From positions 5,214 to 69,213 of the IMG/VR virus record IMGVR_UViG_3300032285_003468: a DNA stretch of 64,000 nucleotides; one strand, 5' to 3'. A program made the position numbers and the translations under genes. Positions 36,301 to 45,260 of this stretch are shown piece after piece; the stretch's first letter is position 1, and each line of letters begins with the position of its first letter. The notes below the pieces were generated by a model, which was given only the letters and a program-made list of their open reading frames with translations, did no database searches and was not told the DNA's origin. The DNA comes from a virus.

Positions 36301-37748
36301 TAGTAGGGAATTGGGTAGTTGGCTGCCTTGCCGCCAATGCAAATAGAACTCATCACTAGATTTGTTGTGACATACTGCTCGGGGAAACCCCCAACTATCT
36401 TGGCCAAGGCTATCCTCGCTTTGTTCTGTTTCTTCGGACTACCTCCATCGTCTTCCACGTAAGAACCCGTAGTCCAGGCATTCGCCGTACCGTTAAATGA
36501 ACTGTCGCATTTAATGTTGGCTGAAGTGACGCTTCCATCACTTGTGCTGATTCCCAACTCTAAATAGACATAATTTCCGTCTGTAGCGGATACCCATCCG
36601 TTAATTCCACTGGAGTTTCGGCTGGGGGGAGTTGGGTTTTGAGTACCTCCTGAAGGGGCACTCGGTGCAGTACCCGGGGTTCCCCCAGATCCTCCCCCTC
36701 CGGTGTTAGTATCGGTGGGGGTAGATAGGAGTCCGGTAATAGATTGAGTGTCCCCCGGTTTTAGCGATTTAAAAAGATGCGAATAGTAGACCACCCCAAC
36801 TTGTGCGCTCCCGTTGGTTTCTTTCCGCATGATTACTTTGAAAGGGTGCGTAAAGGCGTCGTAATACTCGTCAGCGTTTCTAGGTACTCCGCTGCTGGCG
36901 GGCAAATTGGCAACGCTTTGAAAAGCGGCTAGAACCTTCTTTCTACCATCCGCTCTCGTCAACAATACTGGGATATACTTATCTCCCAGTTTGGACATCG
37001 TAAATGCAGCAAGGGCTTCTTTTCTCTTTTCAGGATCAGTAATCGCATTGATCCTGGAGTTCTCCGCCAATCTTTCTTGGTAATCCTTTTGACTTTCACC
37101 ATTGTGCCGATACTGGTCGGCCATCCGGGCTTTGCCAGTTTCGTACTCTTTATCCGACATACTACTGACCTTGGAGGCGTTTACCTCCATCTGATCGTCA
37201 TACGATTTGGTGGCTTGAGCCTTTGCTTCCTCGGAGGAAACCTTGCCGCCAGAGTCTTTCTGAATCTGATTCGCTATTGCTTTAATCGTGTCTTCTTTGG
37301 ACATCGGAGTAGAACTAGTTCCTAGATACGTAGCAAAATCCGAAGAAGTCTTCTGCTCTAATGCCACCCGGGTTCTATAATCTTCCGGCATCTCCATCGG
37401 AGTAGAAACCGAAACTCCCATCGACCCCGAAGCAGGTTTAGCGGCCGGTAATGGGAAATCTACCTTGCCGCCGGAAACGTCCGCAGGCTGACCAGCTACG
37501 GTTACGTTGTTCTTTACAAAATCTTTGATGGTATTGACTACAGACTCCTGGGTAACTGGTTGCGTCGGAACCCCAGATAACTGCGGCATCGGAGGGGGTG
37601 CCACATATTCTGATTTCGGTAAAGACGGAGAATTGGAGGGCTGCTGAGTAAGGGTTACCGGATCAGCAGGCGAGTTCTTCGTCAGAGGTACGTTGGGTAC
37701 CGGTGGCGGGTTAGGGGGCAGGTTGGATTTAGGAGTCTCGTCACTCAT
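36300..37748 (-). CDS. Putative tail protein
   Basis: 482 aa; Pro-rich N-terminus, HPFKV motif, Gly-rich linker. Confidence 0.6.
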   Translation of the reverse strand: MSDETPKSNLPPNPPPVPNVPLTKNSPADPVTLTQQPSNSPSLPKSEYVAPPPMPQLSGVPTQPVTQESVVNTIKDFVKNNVTVAGQPADVSGGKVDFPLPAAKPASGSMGVSVSTPMEMPEDYRTRVALEQKTSSDFATYLGTSSTPMSKEDTIKAIANQIQKDSGGKVSSEEAKAQATKSYDDQMEVNASKVSSMSDKEYETGKARMADQYRHNGESQKDYQERLAENSRINAITDPEKRKEALAAFTMSKLGDKYIPVLLTRADGRKKVLAAFQSVANLPASSGVPRNADEYYDAFTHPFKVIMRKETNGSAQVGVVYYSHLFKSLKPGDTQSITGLLSTPTDTNTGGGGSGGTPGTAPSAPSGGTQNPTPPSRNSSGINGWVSATDGNYVYLELGISTSDGSVTSANIKCDSSFNGTANAWTTGSYVEDDGGSPKKQNKARIALAKIVGGFPEQYVTTNLVMSSICIGGKAANYPIPY

Positions 37749-38341
37749 ACAAACTTGTGCCAGTTAAAGACACTTCCCCATGCTCCCTCGATCAGATGAC
37801 CAAAAGATAGGGGGTGATCTGCGCGGGATTCTTTAAGGAAGGCTTCGTAAGTAGACTTGGGGCTAGCTAGAATGGTTTCTTTGCTGACAAAGAACTGAGC
37901 CCCAATGTTTCCGGGAACCCCGGGAGGTACTTTGTCTTCGCTTCCGAAAACTCGGATAAACACATCCATAATAGGACCCATAGGCTTTTGTGACATCCAA
38001 AGGGGGAAAGCACCCATACCGCCGACATACCTCAAAGGTTCTGAGGGTATGAAGTTTTCGGTCAAGATGTCGATGACATCACGTGCGCTGTGATCAAAGG
38101 GCATCCCTTGAAAGAAAATTGTATAGTCCGAGTGATCCCCGTAATGATCTACGAGATGCTGAAAATACTGGCCCGCCTCACGACCGCCGTTAGGGACCAT
38201 GACGGGTTTTACGTCGGTCTGGAATTCGGTACGGTCTTCTTTAGCGCAATAAAGAAATACCCGCCAATGAGAGGGTATCCACTTCATCCACGATAGATTC
38301 TCGCCGTACGAGGCAATCACCAAATCAATACTGGGTTTCAT
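37745..38341 (-). CDS. DUF3431-like glycosylation-associated protein
   Basis: LVIASYGENLSW, NGGREA, FFQGMPFDH, GAQFFVSKE. Confidence 0.75.
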   Translation of the reverse strand: MKPSIDLVIASYGENLSWMKWIPSHWRVFLYCAKEDRTEFQTDVKPVMVPNGGREAGQYFQHLVDHYGDHSDYTIFFQGMPFDHSARDVIDILTENFIPSEPLRYVGGMGAFPLWMSQKPMGPIMDVFIRVFGSEDKVPPGVPGNIGAQFFVSKETILASPKSTYEAFLKESRADHPLSFGHLIEGAWGSVFNWHKFV

Positions 38342-38351
38342 AAATTTGAAA

Positions 38352-40631
38352 TCAGACGGTCTTTTGCAATAGGACTTCGGCTTTTTCGGTTACCCATACC
38401 CCATATTTCCAATGCTCACTGCTTCGGCTTCCAACCTCAATCCAGTTGCCCCAGGGCAGATCGGAATTGGAAGTTGCGGGTATGGTGACGGAAACCGAAT
38501 TTACGTAGGGAGAGGTGAGCTGAATCTCGGGGCGAAGGCACTTGGGTAGCTGAATTGAAAGTAGGTTTTTTCCGGTTGTATATCCGGCGGAACTAGAAGA
38601 ATAACTACTTGTTCCACTAGAAGTCGAGCTACTCGTTCCGCTAGAAGTAGAACTGCTAGTTCCACTAGTTGTGGAGCTGCTTGTACCGCTAGTCGTGGAG
38701 CTACTGGTTCCGCTAGAGGTTGAGCTATTGGTACCACTCGTCGTTGAACTGCTTGTGCCGCTAGACGTTGAACTGCTGGTTCCGCTGGTTGTAGAACTGC
38801 TGGTTCCGCTGGTTGTAGAACTGCTCGTGCCGCTAGTCGTGGAGCTACTGGTACCACTGGTTGTAGAACTGCTTGTACCACTCTGGGTGGAACTGCTAGT
38901 TCCGCTCTGGGTAGAACTACTGGTTCCGCTTTGATGTGAACTGCTTGTACCGCTAGTCGTGGAGCTGCTGGTTCCACTTTGAGTTGCACTATTTGTGCCG
39001 CTCTGGGTAGAACTACTGGTTCCGCTGGTCATAGAGCTGTGAGTTCCACTTCCCGACGAAGTATCGTTTGAAGAACTACCACTGTTAGTAACCCTACTTG
39101 TAACCGGGTCGCTGGTGAGTACTGCCCCGGCTCCATCATGAGTCCACGTAGTTTCCGAAGAGGAAGCACCCTTTCCGGAAATTCCGCTTTGACTGGAGCT
39201 GCTAGTACCGCTGCTAGTAGAGCTGTTTGTTCCGCTCTGAGTAGAGCTGCTGGTACCGCTGCTAGATGAACTACTGGTTCCGCTCTGGGTAGAGCTGCTG
39301 GCACCGCTTTGGGTGGAGCTGTTGGTTCCGCTAGTCGTAGAACTGCTGGTAGCGCTTTGAACAGAGCTACTAGTTCCGCTTTGGGTGGAACTGCTGGTTC
39401 CGCTTTGGGTGGAACTGCTGGTTCCGCTTTGGGTAGAGCTACTGGTTCCGCTTTGGGTGGAACTGCTGGTTCCGCTTTGGGTGGAACTGCTGGTTCCGCT
39501 TTGGGTAGAGCTACTGGTTCCGCTTTGAGTGGAACTGCTAGTTCCGCTCTGGTGAGAACTGCTAGTTCCGCTTTGAACAGAGCTGCTGGTGCCGCTGCTG
39601 GTAGAACTGTTGGTTCCGGTTTGCGAAGAGGTATTGGAACCACTTCCAGAGGAAGTGCTTTGAATGAAACGGGTCGAAGTATACTCGATAACCGCGTTAA
39701 AGGGTTGTGGGCTTAAAAGGTAATCGAGAGTAACAGACTCCTCAGTCGGGGGGCCAAAGGTGAAGGTCCTGGTGTACCTGGCTTTAAGGGGTCCGATTGG
39801 AGCTTCCTCGAAATGGGGGACGAAAGCCAACTGCTCCGAACCGACCAGTTCGGCGGAAACAAGGATCGGGGGAAGATCAGGCGCTGAACGACGCCCGTAC
39901 CAGACCTGAGGCTCGGGCAGGGCAGGTAGAATACTAGTAAGACGGGTGCTTTGGAGGGTATCGACCGGGTCGATATCGGAAGAACGGATGGATCCGTCTT
40001 GAGCGCGAATCACACTCGGTCCGACTCCTGCGGGAACCGTCTGCTTCTCTACAAGAACGGGAATGCCATACCGGGCGTCTACCTGACCCCCGTAAATCGT
40101 AGGGCCGGGCAGAGTGATATAGACTCTGGTAACTTTGATGTACTGGCTATCGAGCGATTTGTCGTCTGCGTCGGACTCGTCTTTGTAGCGGGTAACCTCC
40201 TCTGTATTGAGGACTACGTCGTTTCCATTAGGGGCCGTAGGGAAGAGGGGGTCAACAGAACCTTTCCCAAGCGGTACGTACCCGGCCCGGGGAATGGTAT
40301 AAGTACGGATGTAGGACGGGAAATTGGGGTCGGACCCAGCATACTTGATCGCGTAATTGTAAGAATCCTGATTGTCGCGGTCCGTAGCGTAGACCCGGCG
40401 GATCCACATGAAGTTCTGCTCCTGGTCGAGCGGGGTCTGATAAACCAGCTTGAGGCCGGGGAAAGAAATTTGGTCAGGATGAAGGTCTCCGTATGATAGT
40501 GTTACGTAACCAGGAACGCGGGTATCCACGTCCTGGACCACCATCAAATCTTGTACGTTGGGTGTAGGGTAACTGATTACCGGGATTTCCGGTGACAGAG
40601 CGCGGGGTGAAGGTTGTTTAGAAGCGGCCAT
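38352..40631 (-). CDS. Virion structural protein with two SGTSSSxx octapeptide arrays
   Basis: 759 aa; about 19 + 19 repeats around a short unique segment. Confidence 0.85.
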   Translation of the reverse strand: MAASKQPSPRALSPEIPVISYPTPNVQDLMVVQDVDTRVPGYVTLSYGDLHPDQISFPGLKLVYQTPLDQEQNFMWIRRVYATDRDNQDSYNYAIKYAGSDPNFPSYIRTYTIPRAGYVPLGKGSVDPLFPTAPNGNDVVLNTEEVTRYKDESDADDKSLDSQYIKVTRVYITLPGPTIYGGQVDARYGIPVLVEKQTVPAGVGPSVIRAQDGSIRSSDIDPVDTLQSTRLTSILPALPEPQVWYGRRSAPDLPPILVSAELVGSEQLAFVPHFEEAPIGPLKARYTRTFTFGPPTEESVTLDYLLSPQPFNAVIEYTSTRFIQSTSSGSGSNTSSQTGTNSSTSSGTSSSVQSGTSSSHQSGTSSSTQSGTSSSTQSGTSSSTQSGTSSSTQSGTSSSTQSGTSSSTQSGTSSSTQSGTSSSVQSATSSSTTSGTNSSTQSGASSSTQSGTSSSSSSGTSSSTQSGTNSSTSSGTSSSSQSGISGKGASSSETTWTHDGAGAVLTSDPVTSRVTNSGSSSNDTSSGSGTHSSMTSGTSSSTQSGTNSATQSGTSSSTTSGTSSSHQSGTSSSTQSGTSSSTQSGTSSSTTSGTSSSTTSGTSSSTTSGTSSSTTSGTSSSTSSGTSSSTTSGTNSSTSSGTSSSTTSGTSSSTTSGTSSSTSSGTSSSTSSGTSSYSSSSAGYTTGKNLLSIQLPKCLRPEIQLTSPYVNSVSVTIPATSNSDLPWGNWIEVGSRSSEHWKYGVWVTEKAEVLLQKTV
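38590..39650 (-). repeat. 24-nt coding tandem repeats in two blocks
   Basis: Units such as GTTCCGCTTTGGGTGGAACTGCTG at about 38590-39045 and 39185-39650. Confidence 0.95.
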
Positions 40632-40810
40632 CAGTCTTCCTCCTCAGTATGTCGTTTACGTTTGCCGTTCTTCGGAGCGTGCCGAAGGGTGAATTTACCG
40701 CTTCCGGGGTCACTTTGCTCTCCGGACAAACAAATCTCGCAGAGCCCGTTGTAAATAGCGGGCTCTTCGTCACAGAGGCGACAGAGTTGTTCATCGTGGT
40801 TGTAGTGCAT
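40631..40810 (-). CDS. Small CxxC..CxxC protein, 59 aa
   Basis: MHYNHDEQLCRLCDEEPAIYNGLCEICL...; stop overlaps next start. Confidence 0.6.
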   Translation of the reverse strand: MHYNHDEQLCRLCDEEPAIYNGLCEICLSGEQSDPGSGKFTLRHAPKNGKRKRHTEEED

Positions 40811-40834
40811 TGGAGACGCGGTATATTATTGACG

Positions 40835-41326
40835 TCAAGTCAAGATGTCTAGCCCAAGAAATTTAGCCTCGTCATAAATCCGGGCCTTCCAGCCGGAAAG
40901 ATACTCTTTAGAAGCCGGGCGGTGCTGAACAATAAGATCGAAGACATGGAGTTCGTCTTTCAGATAACCCTCCGGTGTCTTCTGACGGTTGCGAATCAGG
41001 TTAGCCTGATTACGACCGCTCATAGTGGCGCAGTTGAAGTAGATCTCCCCGTACTTAGCGGGCATCAGTTCAATCCGGTCATAGCACCAGTGCTTCCAGT
41101 AGATGGCGATAGCCTGGTCATAGGTGAGATCAGCAATCTGCTGCTCAGTAAGTTTCCACGGGGCTTCCTTGTGCTCCCCATAATCGAGACCAAATTTAGT
41201 GGTTCCTCCCGGGTCGTTTGGGTCACGCTCTACACGGGCATGGGCATAGTCGCCGTAGTGACCTTTTTCAAACTCAGTCTCGTGTTTGAGAACAAAAGGG
41301 ATAAAAGAGTTAAATCGTGAGGTCAC
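40835..41326 (-). CDS. Endolysin, glycoside hydrolase family 108-like
   Basis: HE...DPNDPGGTTKFG, AIAIYWKHW, GWKARI. Confidence 0.85.
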   Translation of the reverse strand: MTSRFNSFIPFVLKHETEFEKGHYGDYAHARVERDPNDPGGTTKFGLDYGEHKEAPWKLTEQQIADLTYDQAIAIYWKHWCYDRIELMPAKYGEIYFNCATMSGRNQANLIRNRQKTPEGYLKDELHVFDLIVQHRPASKEYLSGWKARIYDEAKFLGLDILT

Positions 41327-41762
41327 GGGATAGAAAATCCTTGGGAGATCTCCGCCCTGGGACGAAGACCTCCGTGGTGGTAGGGCTCTGCAAACCGGAA
41401 GAAAGGTCTAGGTTGCCAATCGGCTGGTTACTGGACACGTCTAAAGAATTGCTCTGGTCCAAACTGCGGACCTGCTGCTCGACTTCAGAGATTACGTTTT
41501 GGGCTTGGCTAGTTCCCATCTTCCACTCGTAGACGAGCTTTCCAGTAACCATAAAAATGATGATTGCTCCGATAACGTAAAAGGCGTTTGTCGTAATGGA
41601 GACAAACCCGGCTAGGGCGGGAGTGGGAAGGGTATAGAGGTGGCAAACAGCCCATCTCCAGCTTCCCTCAATGACGAGTACCCCCGTGACGGAAAGCACC
41701 AACCTCTGCCAAGTCGGGGGCAGTTTATCAGCTACTTTGTTGGGAGAGGGTAGTGGAGGCAT
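41310..41762 (-). CDS. Holin-like membrane protein
   Basis: Two hydrophobic segments, next to endolysin; start MPPLPSP. Confidence 0.55.
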   Translation of the reverse strand: MPPLPSPNKVADKLPPTWQRLVLSVTGVLVIEGSWRWAVCHLYTLPTPALAGFVSITTNAFYVIGAIIIFMVTGKLVYEWKMGTSQAQNVISEVEQQVRSLDQSNSLDVSSNQPIGNLDLSSGLQSPTTTEVFVPGRRSPKDFLSRDLTI

Positions 41763-41764
41763 GA

Positions 41765-42274
41765 CTAGAGATAGCGAACCCAGGTAAAAATAACGAGAAA
41801 CACAAACCCTGCGACTACGGCCCTTCCCGCTAGGAAATAAACAGCGGTCTGAGGGTTTACGTAAGGTATAAGCAAGCCCAAGAGTACAAAAGCAAGCCAA
41901 GCTGCAACAGAAGCCAGAAGAATCCCCAATAGATTGAGTTTCTTCTGATATTTACTAATAGCCTTCTCCTTCTCGATTATCTTTGCATCTTTAGTCTCAG
42001 AATCAGATTTCCACCAGTCACGCTCCCCGGCCAGCTTGTCAGCCTGAAACTGAACAAAAGATAGTTTTTGCTGAGTGCTTGCCACCTCCACTCTTCCCGA
42101 CTGAGCGATCTGGCGGATAAGTTTCCTATCGTTTTCTTTCTGAATCTTCTGGAAATCAGAGTCGATGTTGGTCAAACCCTGCGACACTGGTGCCGTGTCA
42201 ATCGAAGTCTGGCTCTTGTGAGCACAGCTACAGAGTAACAGGGTGGCAAAGGAAATAAGGGTTAATTTTAGCAT
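41765..42274 (-). CDS. Lipoprotein with coiled coil and C-terminal TM segments (spanin-like)
   Basis: Lipobox-like LLLCSC, coiled coil, two C-terminal hydrophobic helices; in lysis cluster. Confidence 0.55.
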   Translation of the reverse strand: MLKLTLISFATLLLCSCAHKSQTSIDTAPVSQGLTNIDSDFQKIQKENDRKLIRQIAQSGRVEVASTQQKLSFVQFQADKLAGERDWWKSDSETKDAKIIEKEKAISKYQKKLNLLGILLASVAAWLAFVLLGLLIPYVNPQTAVYFLAGRAVVAGFVFLVIFTWVRYL

Positions 42275-42383
42275 ATACGGTTAATGTTAAGTGAATAGCA
42301 TGGTTGAGTTACTTTGAGTGAAACTCCAACCGGAGTATTGTTTAAAATTGATAACGTCGTTTGCGAGCGCAATACCCAATATG

Positions 42384-42560
42384 TTACCGCCGGGAGGTAT
42401 AAGTAACTCCTACTTCCGCCAATAAAGGGGCTCCGGAGAACCTTCGGATCTCACAAAAGAAATGGCACGAGGTCAGATCAACTGAGGTTGAGCTAATAGG
42501 TAGAAACGCCGAAAAATCGACGCCCTGTTTAATGTTGGGGAAGTCTTGCTTTAAGATCAT
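42384..42560 (-). CDS. Short or truncated ORF, 58 aa (MILKQDFPNIKQGVDF...)
   Basis: ATGA-coupled to upstream gene; a second frame continues to about 42287. Confidence 0.4.
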   Translation of the reverse strand: MILKQDFPNIKQGVDFSAFLPISSTSVDLTSCHFFCEIRRFSGAPLLAEVGVTYTSRR

Positions 42561-42871
42561 TTTACGGGAGGGTGCTCGGAAACAAGGTGATCCTCGATCC
42601 GTTTAGTGCGGTCGTTGATTTGAGCCAACGTAGCCATGGCTCCAGCAAGAAGCTCGCGACGTTGAGCGGAGTCCTGCTGAATGGTTTCAATCACGCGATC
42701 CTGATCGCGGTCGTGGATCTCCAAGCGAGTAACACGCTCAGGGATAACTGCCCAAAATGACACGAACCCTAAAAGGGCGACGACGCCGGTAAGAGATCCT
42801 ACAATAGAATAAAACTCTTTCTTCGGCATTGTTACTGTGGCTTCTCCTGCGGTATCGGTTCCTGTAGTCAT
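42557..42871 (-). CDS. Membrane-anchored coiled-coil protein
   Basis: One TM segment followed by heptad repeats. Confidence 0.7.
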   Translation of the reverse strand: MTTGTDTAGEATVTMPKKEFYSIVGSLTGVVALLGFVSFWAVIPERVTRLEIHDRDQDRVIETIQQDSAQRRELLAGAMATLAQINDRTKRIEDHLVSEHPPVK

Positions 42872-42891
42872 AGTTGGGTAGTTGTTTAGGA

Positions 42892-42926
42892 TACCCGGCT
42901 CAGTAGTTTCCCACTGAACCGGGATA
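42892..42926 (-). terminator. Strong intergenic hairpin
   Basis: Minus strand CCCGGTTCAGTGG-GAAA-CTACTGAGCCGGG; no U tract. Confidence 0.5.
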
Positions 42927-42937
42927 TCTCATCGGGG

Positions 42938-43135
42938 TTACTTGCTGAAGCGGATGTTCAGCACGCCGGAGCCATCGGGCTGGACGTTGATCGCAACAGC
43001 GACTGCGTCGGCGAGGGAGGACTCGCTAGCCGGAAGGGTGAGAAGCGGGGTGAGCGCAGCCTTGACGGCGGCGACATCAGCAGCTTCGAGCTTGGCGGTG
43101 GCGACGATGGGTTGGGTTTGGAGGGCGATTGCCAT
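42938..43135 (-). CDS. Small Ala-rich protein
   Basis: 65 aa with A/C-rich leader. Confidence 0.7.
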   Translation of the reverse strand: MAIALQTQPIVATAKLEAADVAAVKAALTPLLTLPASESSLADAVAVAINVQPDGSGVLNIRFSK

Positions 43136-43180
43136 TGTTGTGTTTGTCCGGTTTGGTCAGTTGGACTCTTCTGGTTTCCC

Positions 43181-43981
43181 CTAGACGGGTTCCGATTGCC
43201 CACCAACTGCGCTGTTGATCGGGGTTTCGGGTTGTCCGTCGACGGGTGAAAAGGTTGAGACGCGGGAATCTGCGACTGCGTAAAGGGGGTGCCATCCGGG
43301 TTTCCAGCAAGCCATATCTCGGGGCATAAGGATCTTGTCAGCTTTGCCAGTCCAAGCGGCCCACCAGGAGAAGGTGGAGGGAGAGCACACCAGTGTTTTA
43401 GCGTTATACAGGGTGCGGTAATCATGCAAAGAATCCCCGGTCGCCGCTAAAGAGCAGCCGGGAACGAGTTGTAGAAACTTCGCTACGCGAGGGCTGGATG
43501 GTTCGTCGGTAAGTAAATAACACTCATCAGACCCCAAAGACCTAGCGGCAGAAGCGATTGTTTCGATGGGGTAAGCGTGCTCCTCAATAGTCTTAGGAGA
43601 ACCGCTAAAGTAATCCCCCAACCGCAAATGGATAACTGGGACCTCGGTAACGAAATACTTCCCATCGTCGGGGGTCAGCTTGGAGGAGATAAGATCTTTG
43701 TATGGAGAATAGTATTCGGGACAGTGAGGCCACCCGGTAACTATGAGATCAGAAGACTTGGCAAGCTCGGCCACTTTTTCAACACCTTGGGCTCTTAGCA
43801 AATCTTCAGTGACCCCAATAGCCTTGGGCGAAATAGAGGGAGTAGCGTACCCTTTGGTACCAGAGAACCCCTCGATAGGAAACGTTGCCAGGGCAGATCC
43901 ACTCAAATGCGAAAGAACCAGCCCCAGAGCAAACTGGAAAAGCCGATTACCTAAGCGACCTGTGTAGTGAACGTGAATCAT
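43181..43981 (-). CDS. Alpha-1,2-fucosyltransferase-like (GT11)
   Basis: GRLGNRLFQ, HLRLGDY, STFSWWAAW. Confidence 0.9.
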   Translation of the reverse strand: MIHVHYTGRLGNRLFQFALGLVLSHLSGSALATFPIEGFSGTKGYATPSISPKAIGVTEDLLRAQGVEKVAELAKSSDLIVTGWPHCPEYYSPYKDLISSKLTPDDGKYFVTEVPVIHLRLGDYFSGSPKTIEEHAYPIETIASAARSLGSDECYLLTDEPSSPRVAKFLQLVPGCSLAATGDSLHDYRTLYNAKTLVCSPSTFSWWAAWTGKADKILMPRDMACWKPGWHPLYAVADSRVSTFSPVDGQPETPINSAVGGQSEPV

Positions 43982-44613
43982 GCGTCGTAAGTAATAGTGT
44001 CCGAGTTATTTCGGGCAGCGTGCAGTGAACCCGTGCGATCCGAGACCGATTCCGCCGTGGTAAATGGCAGAACCGCAGGGCGATAGAGGCTCAAGCCGCA
44101 GGATCGCAAGGAAGACATAAGTACGGACTCATAGCAAAGTCCGACTGATCCATCCGTTGCTTTGCCGACTTGAGAAGTGGCCAGAATACGCCATGCGTTG
44201 AGCATGAAGGCGGATTTCTTGAGGACTGGCAGGTAGATCACCGCCTGGGAACCAAAGAAAGGCTTGTCAATCGCAGTCCAATCTCCCTTGGACTCAGTCA
44301 GTCCGTCGCCGCCAAGAATGATTGCTCCGCAGTCCTTGGGGATTTGTGAGGATTGAGAGAACTGCTGCCAGAGTGAGGGATCGAGAACCGCATCATCCTC
44401 TAAAACAAGTAGGGGTTCATTATCGGGTAGATCCGTAAGAATTGCGTTAAGATGGGAAGCGGAGCAGCCTACAATCGCCTGCTCATACGGAAGATTATTG
44501 CGCGGGGGGACGACCGCTTCGGTAATCTTAATACCCTTAAAAAACCTCATCAAAGGAAGCAGAAACTGCTCTCTATCGGTACGTTCGGATCGGTGGATGA
44601 TAACTGTTTTCAT
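43978..44613 (-). CDS. Glycosyltransferase family 25-like
   Basis: RTDR, GCSASH, LVLEDDA. Confidence 0.8.
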   Translation of the reverse strand: MKTVIIHRSERTDREQFLLPLMRFFKGIKITEAVVPPRNNLPYEQAIVGCSASHLNAILTDLPDNEPLLVLEDDAVLDPSLWQQFSQSSQIPKDCGAIILGGDGLTESKGDWTAIDKPFFGSQAVIYLPVLKKSAFMLNAWRILATSQVGKATDGSVGLCYESVLMSSLRSCGLSLYRPAVLPFTTAESVSDRTGSLHAARNNSDTITYDA

Positions 44614-45260
44614 AGTTCGGACTGTTTCAAGACGCAGTTAATAGCATTTAATTTTACGGGATTTCCCATCAAGTAATTGGCGTGGAACACAACCGTACCT
44701 TCTGGAACCGCAAAAAACTCGGGAACGAAGAACGGAATCAAGTGATCCTGGCGAAAGCCCAAGCTGTACACTTTCGGTGAGAAGAAAACTGAGCCCTCTC
44801 CCTCACCATACTGGACAACTTTATTGGCCGCCTCTTGATCCGTGAGATTCTCACTTTCGGCCAAATCCAAAACATTTTTCAAAAGCTGTTTGGTAGAAAA
44901 GTTTACTTTGGCGGCAAAGAAACCCATGCAGACCGTACCCCTATCGTTTTGAAATTTAATATCTACCCCATTTAGTTCGTCGGTAATGAAGGGAAGTAAC
45001 GGTTTTAAGAAAATCACATCCACATCTGAATAGATAAAGATTTCTCCTTCGTTCATGCTTTCCATTTGATCCAAAACACGAGACAGCTTGGTTCTAGAAG
45101 TTTTTGCCCACCCGGGGCTATTGAAAAATGCCGAGGGACATTCCTGGGGAATCTCCTGTTGCACAAGCTCGATTCCATCGTTCTGCGGAAAGGTCTTCAA
45201 GAAGGCTTCCAGAAACGCCTTATGGGAATCAGAATAGACTGTTAAAAGTTTAACGCTCAT
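44610..45260 (-). CDS. Nucleotide-diphospho-sugar transferase (GT77-like)
   Basis: YSDVDVIF, CMGFF, DQEAAN, FHAN. Confidence 0.8.
   Translation of the reverse strand: MSVKLLTVYSDSHKAFLEAFLKTFPQNDGIELVQQEIPQECPSAFFNSPGWAKTSRTKLSRVLDQMESMNEGEIFIYSDVDVIFLKPLLPFITDELNGVDIKFQNDRGTVCMGFFAAKVNFSTKQLLKNVLDLAESENLTDQEAANKVVQYGEGEGSVFFSPKVYSLGFRQDHLIPFFVPEFFAVPEGTVVFHANYLMGNPVKLNAINCVLKQSEL

Noticed and set aside
38501-39716. Alternative-frame repeat ORFs such as VELLVPL
   Set aside because: Artefacts of the 24-nt tandem repeat
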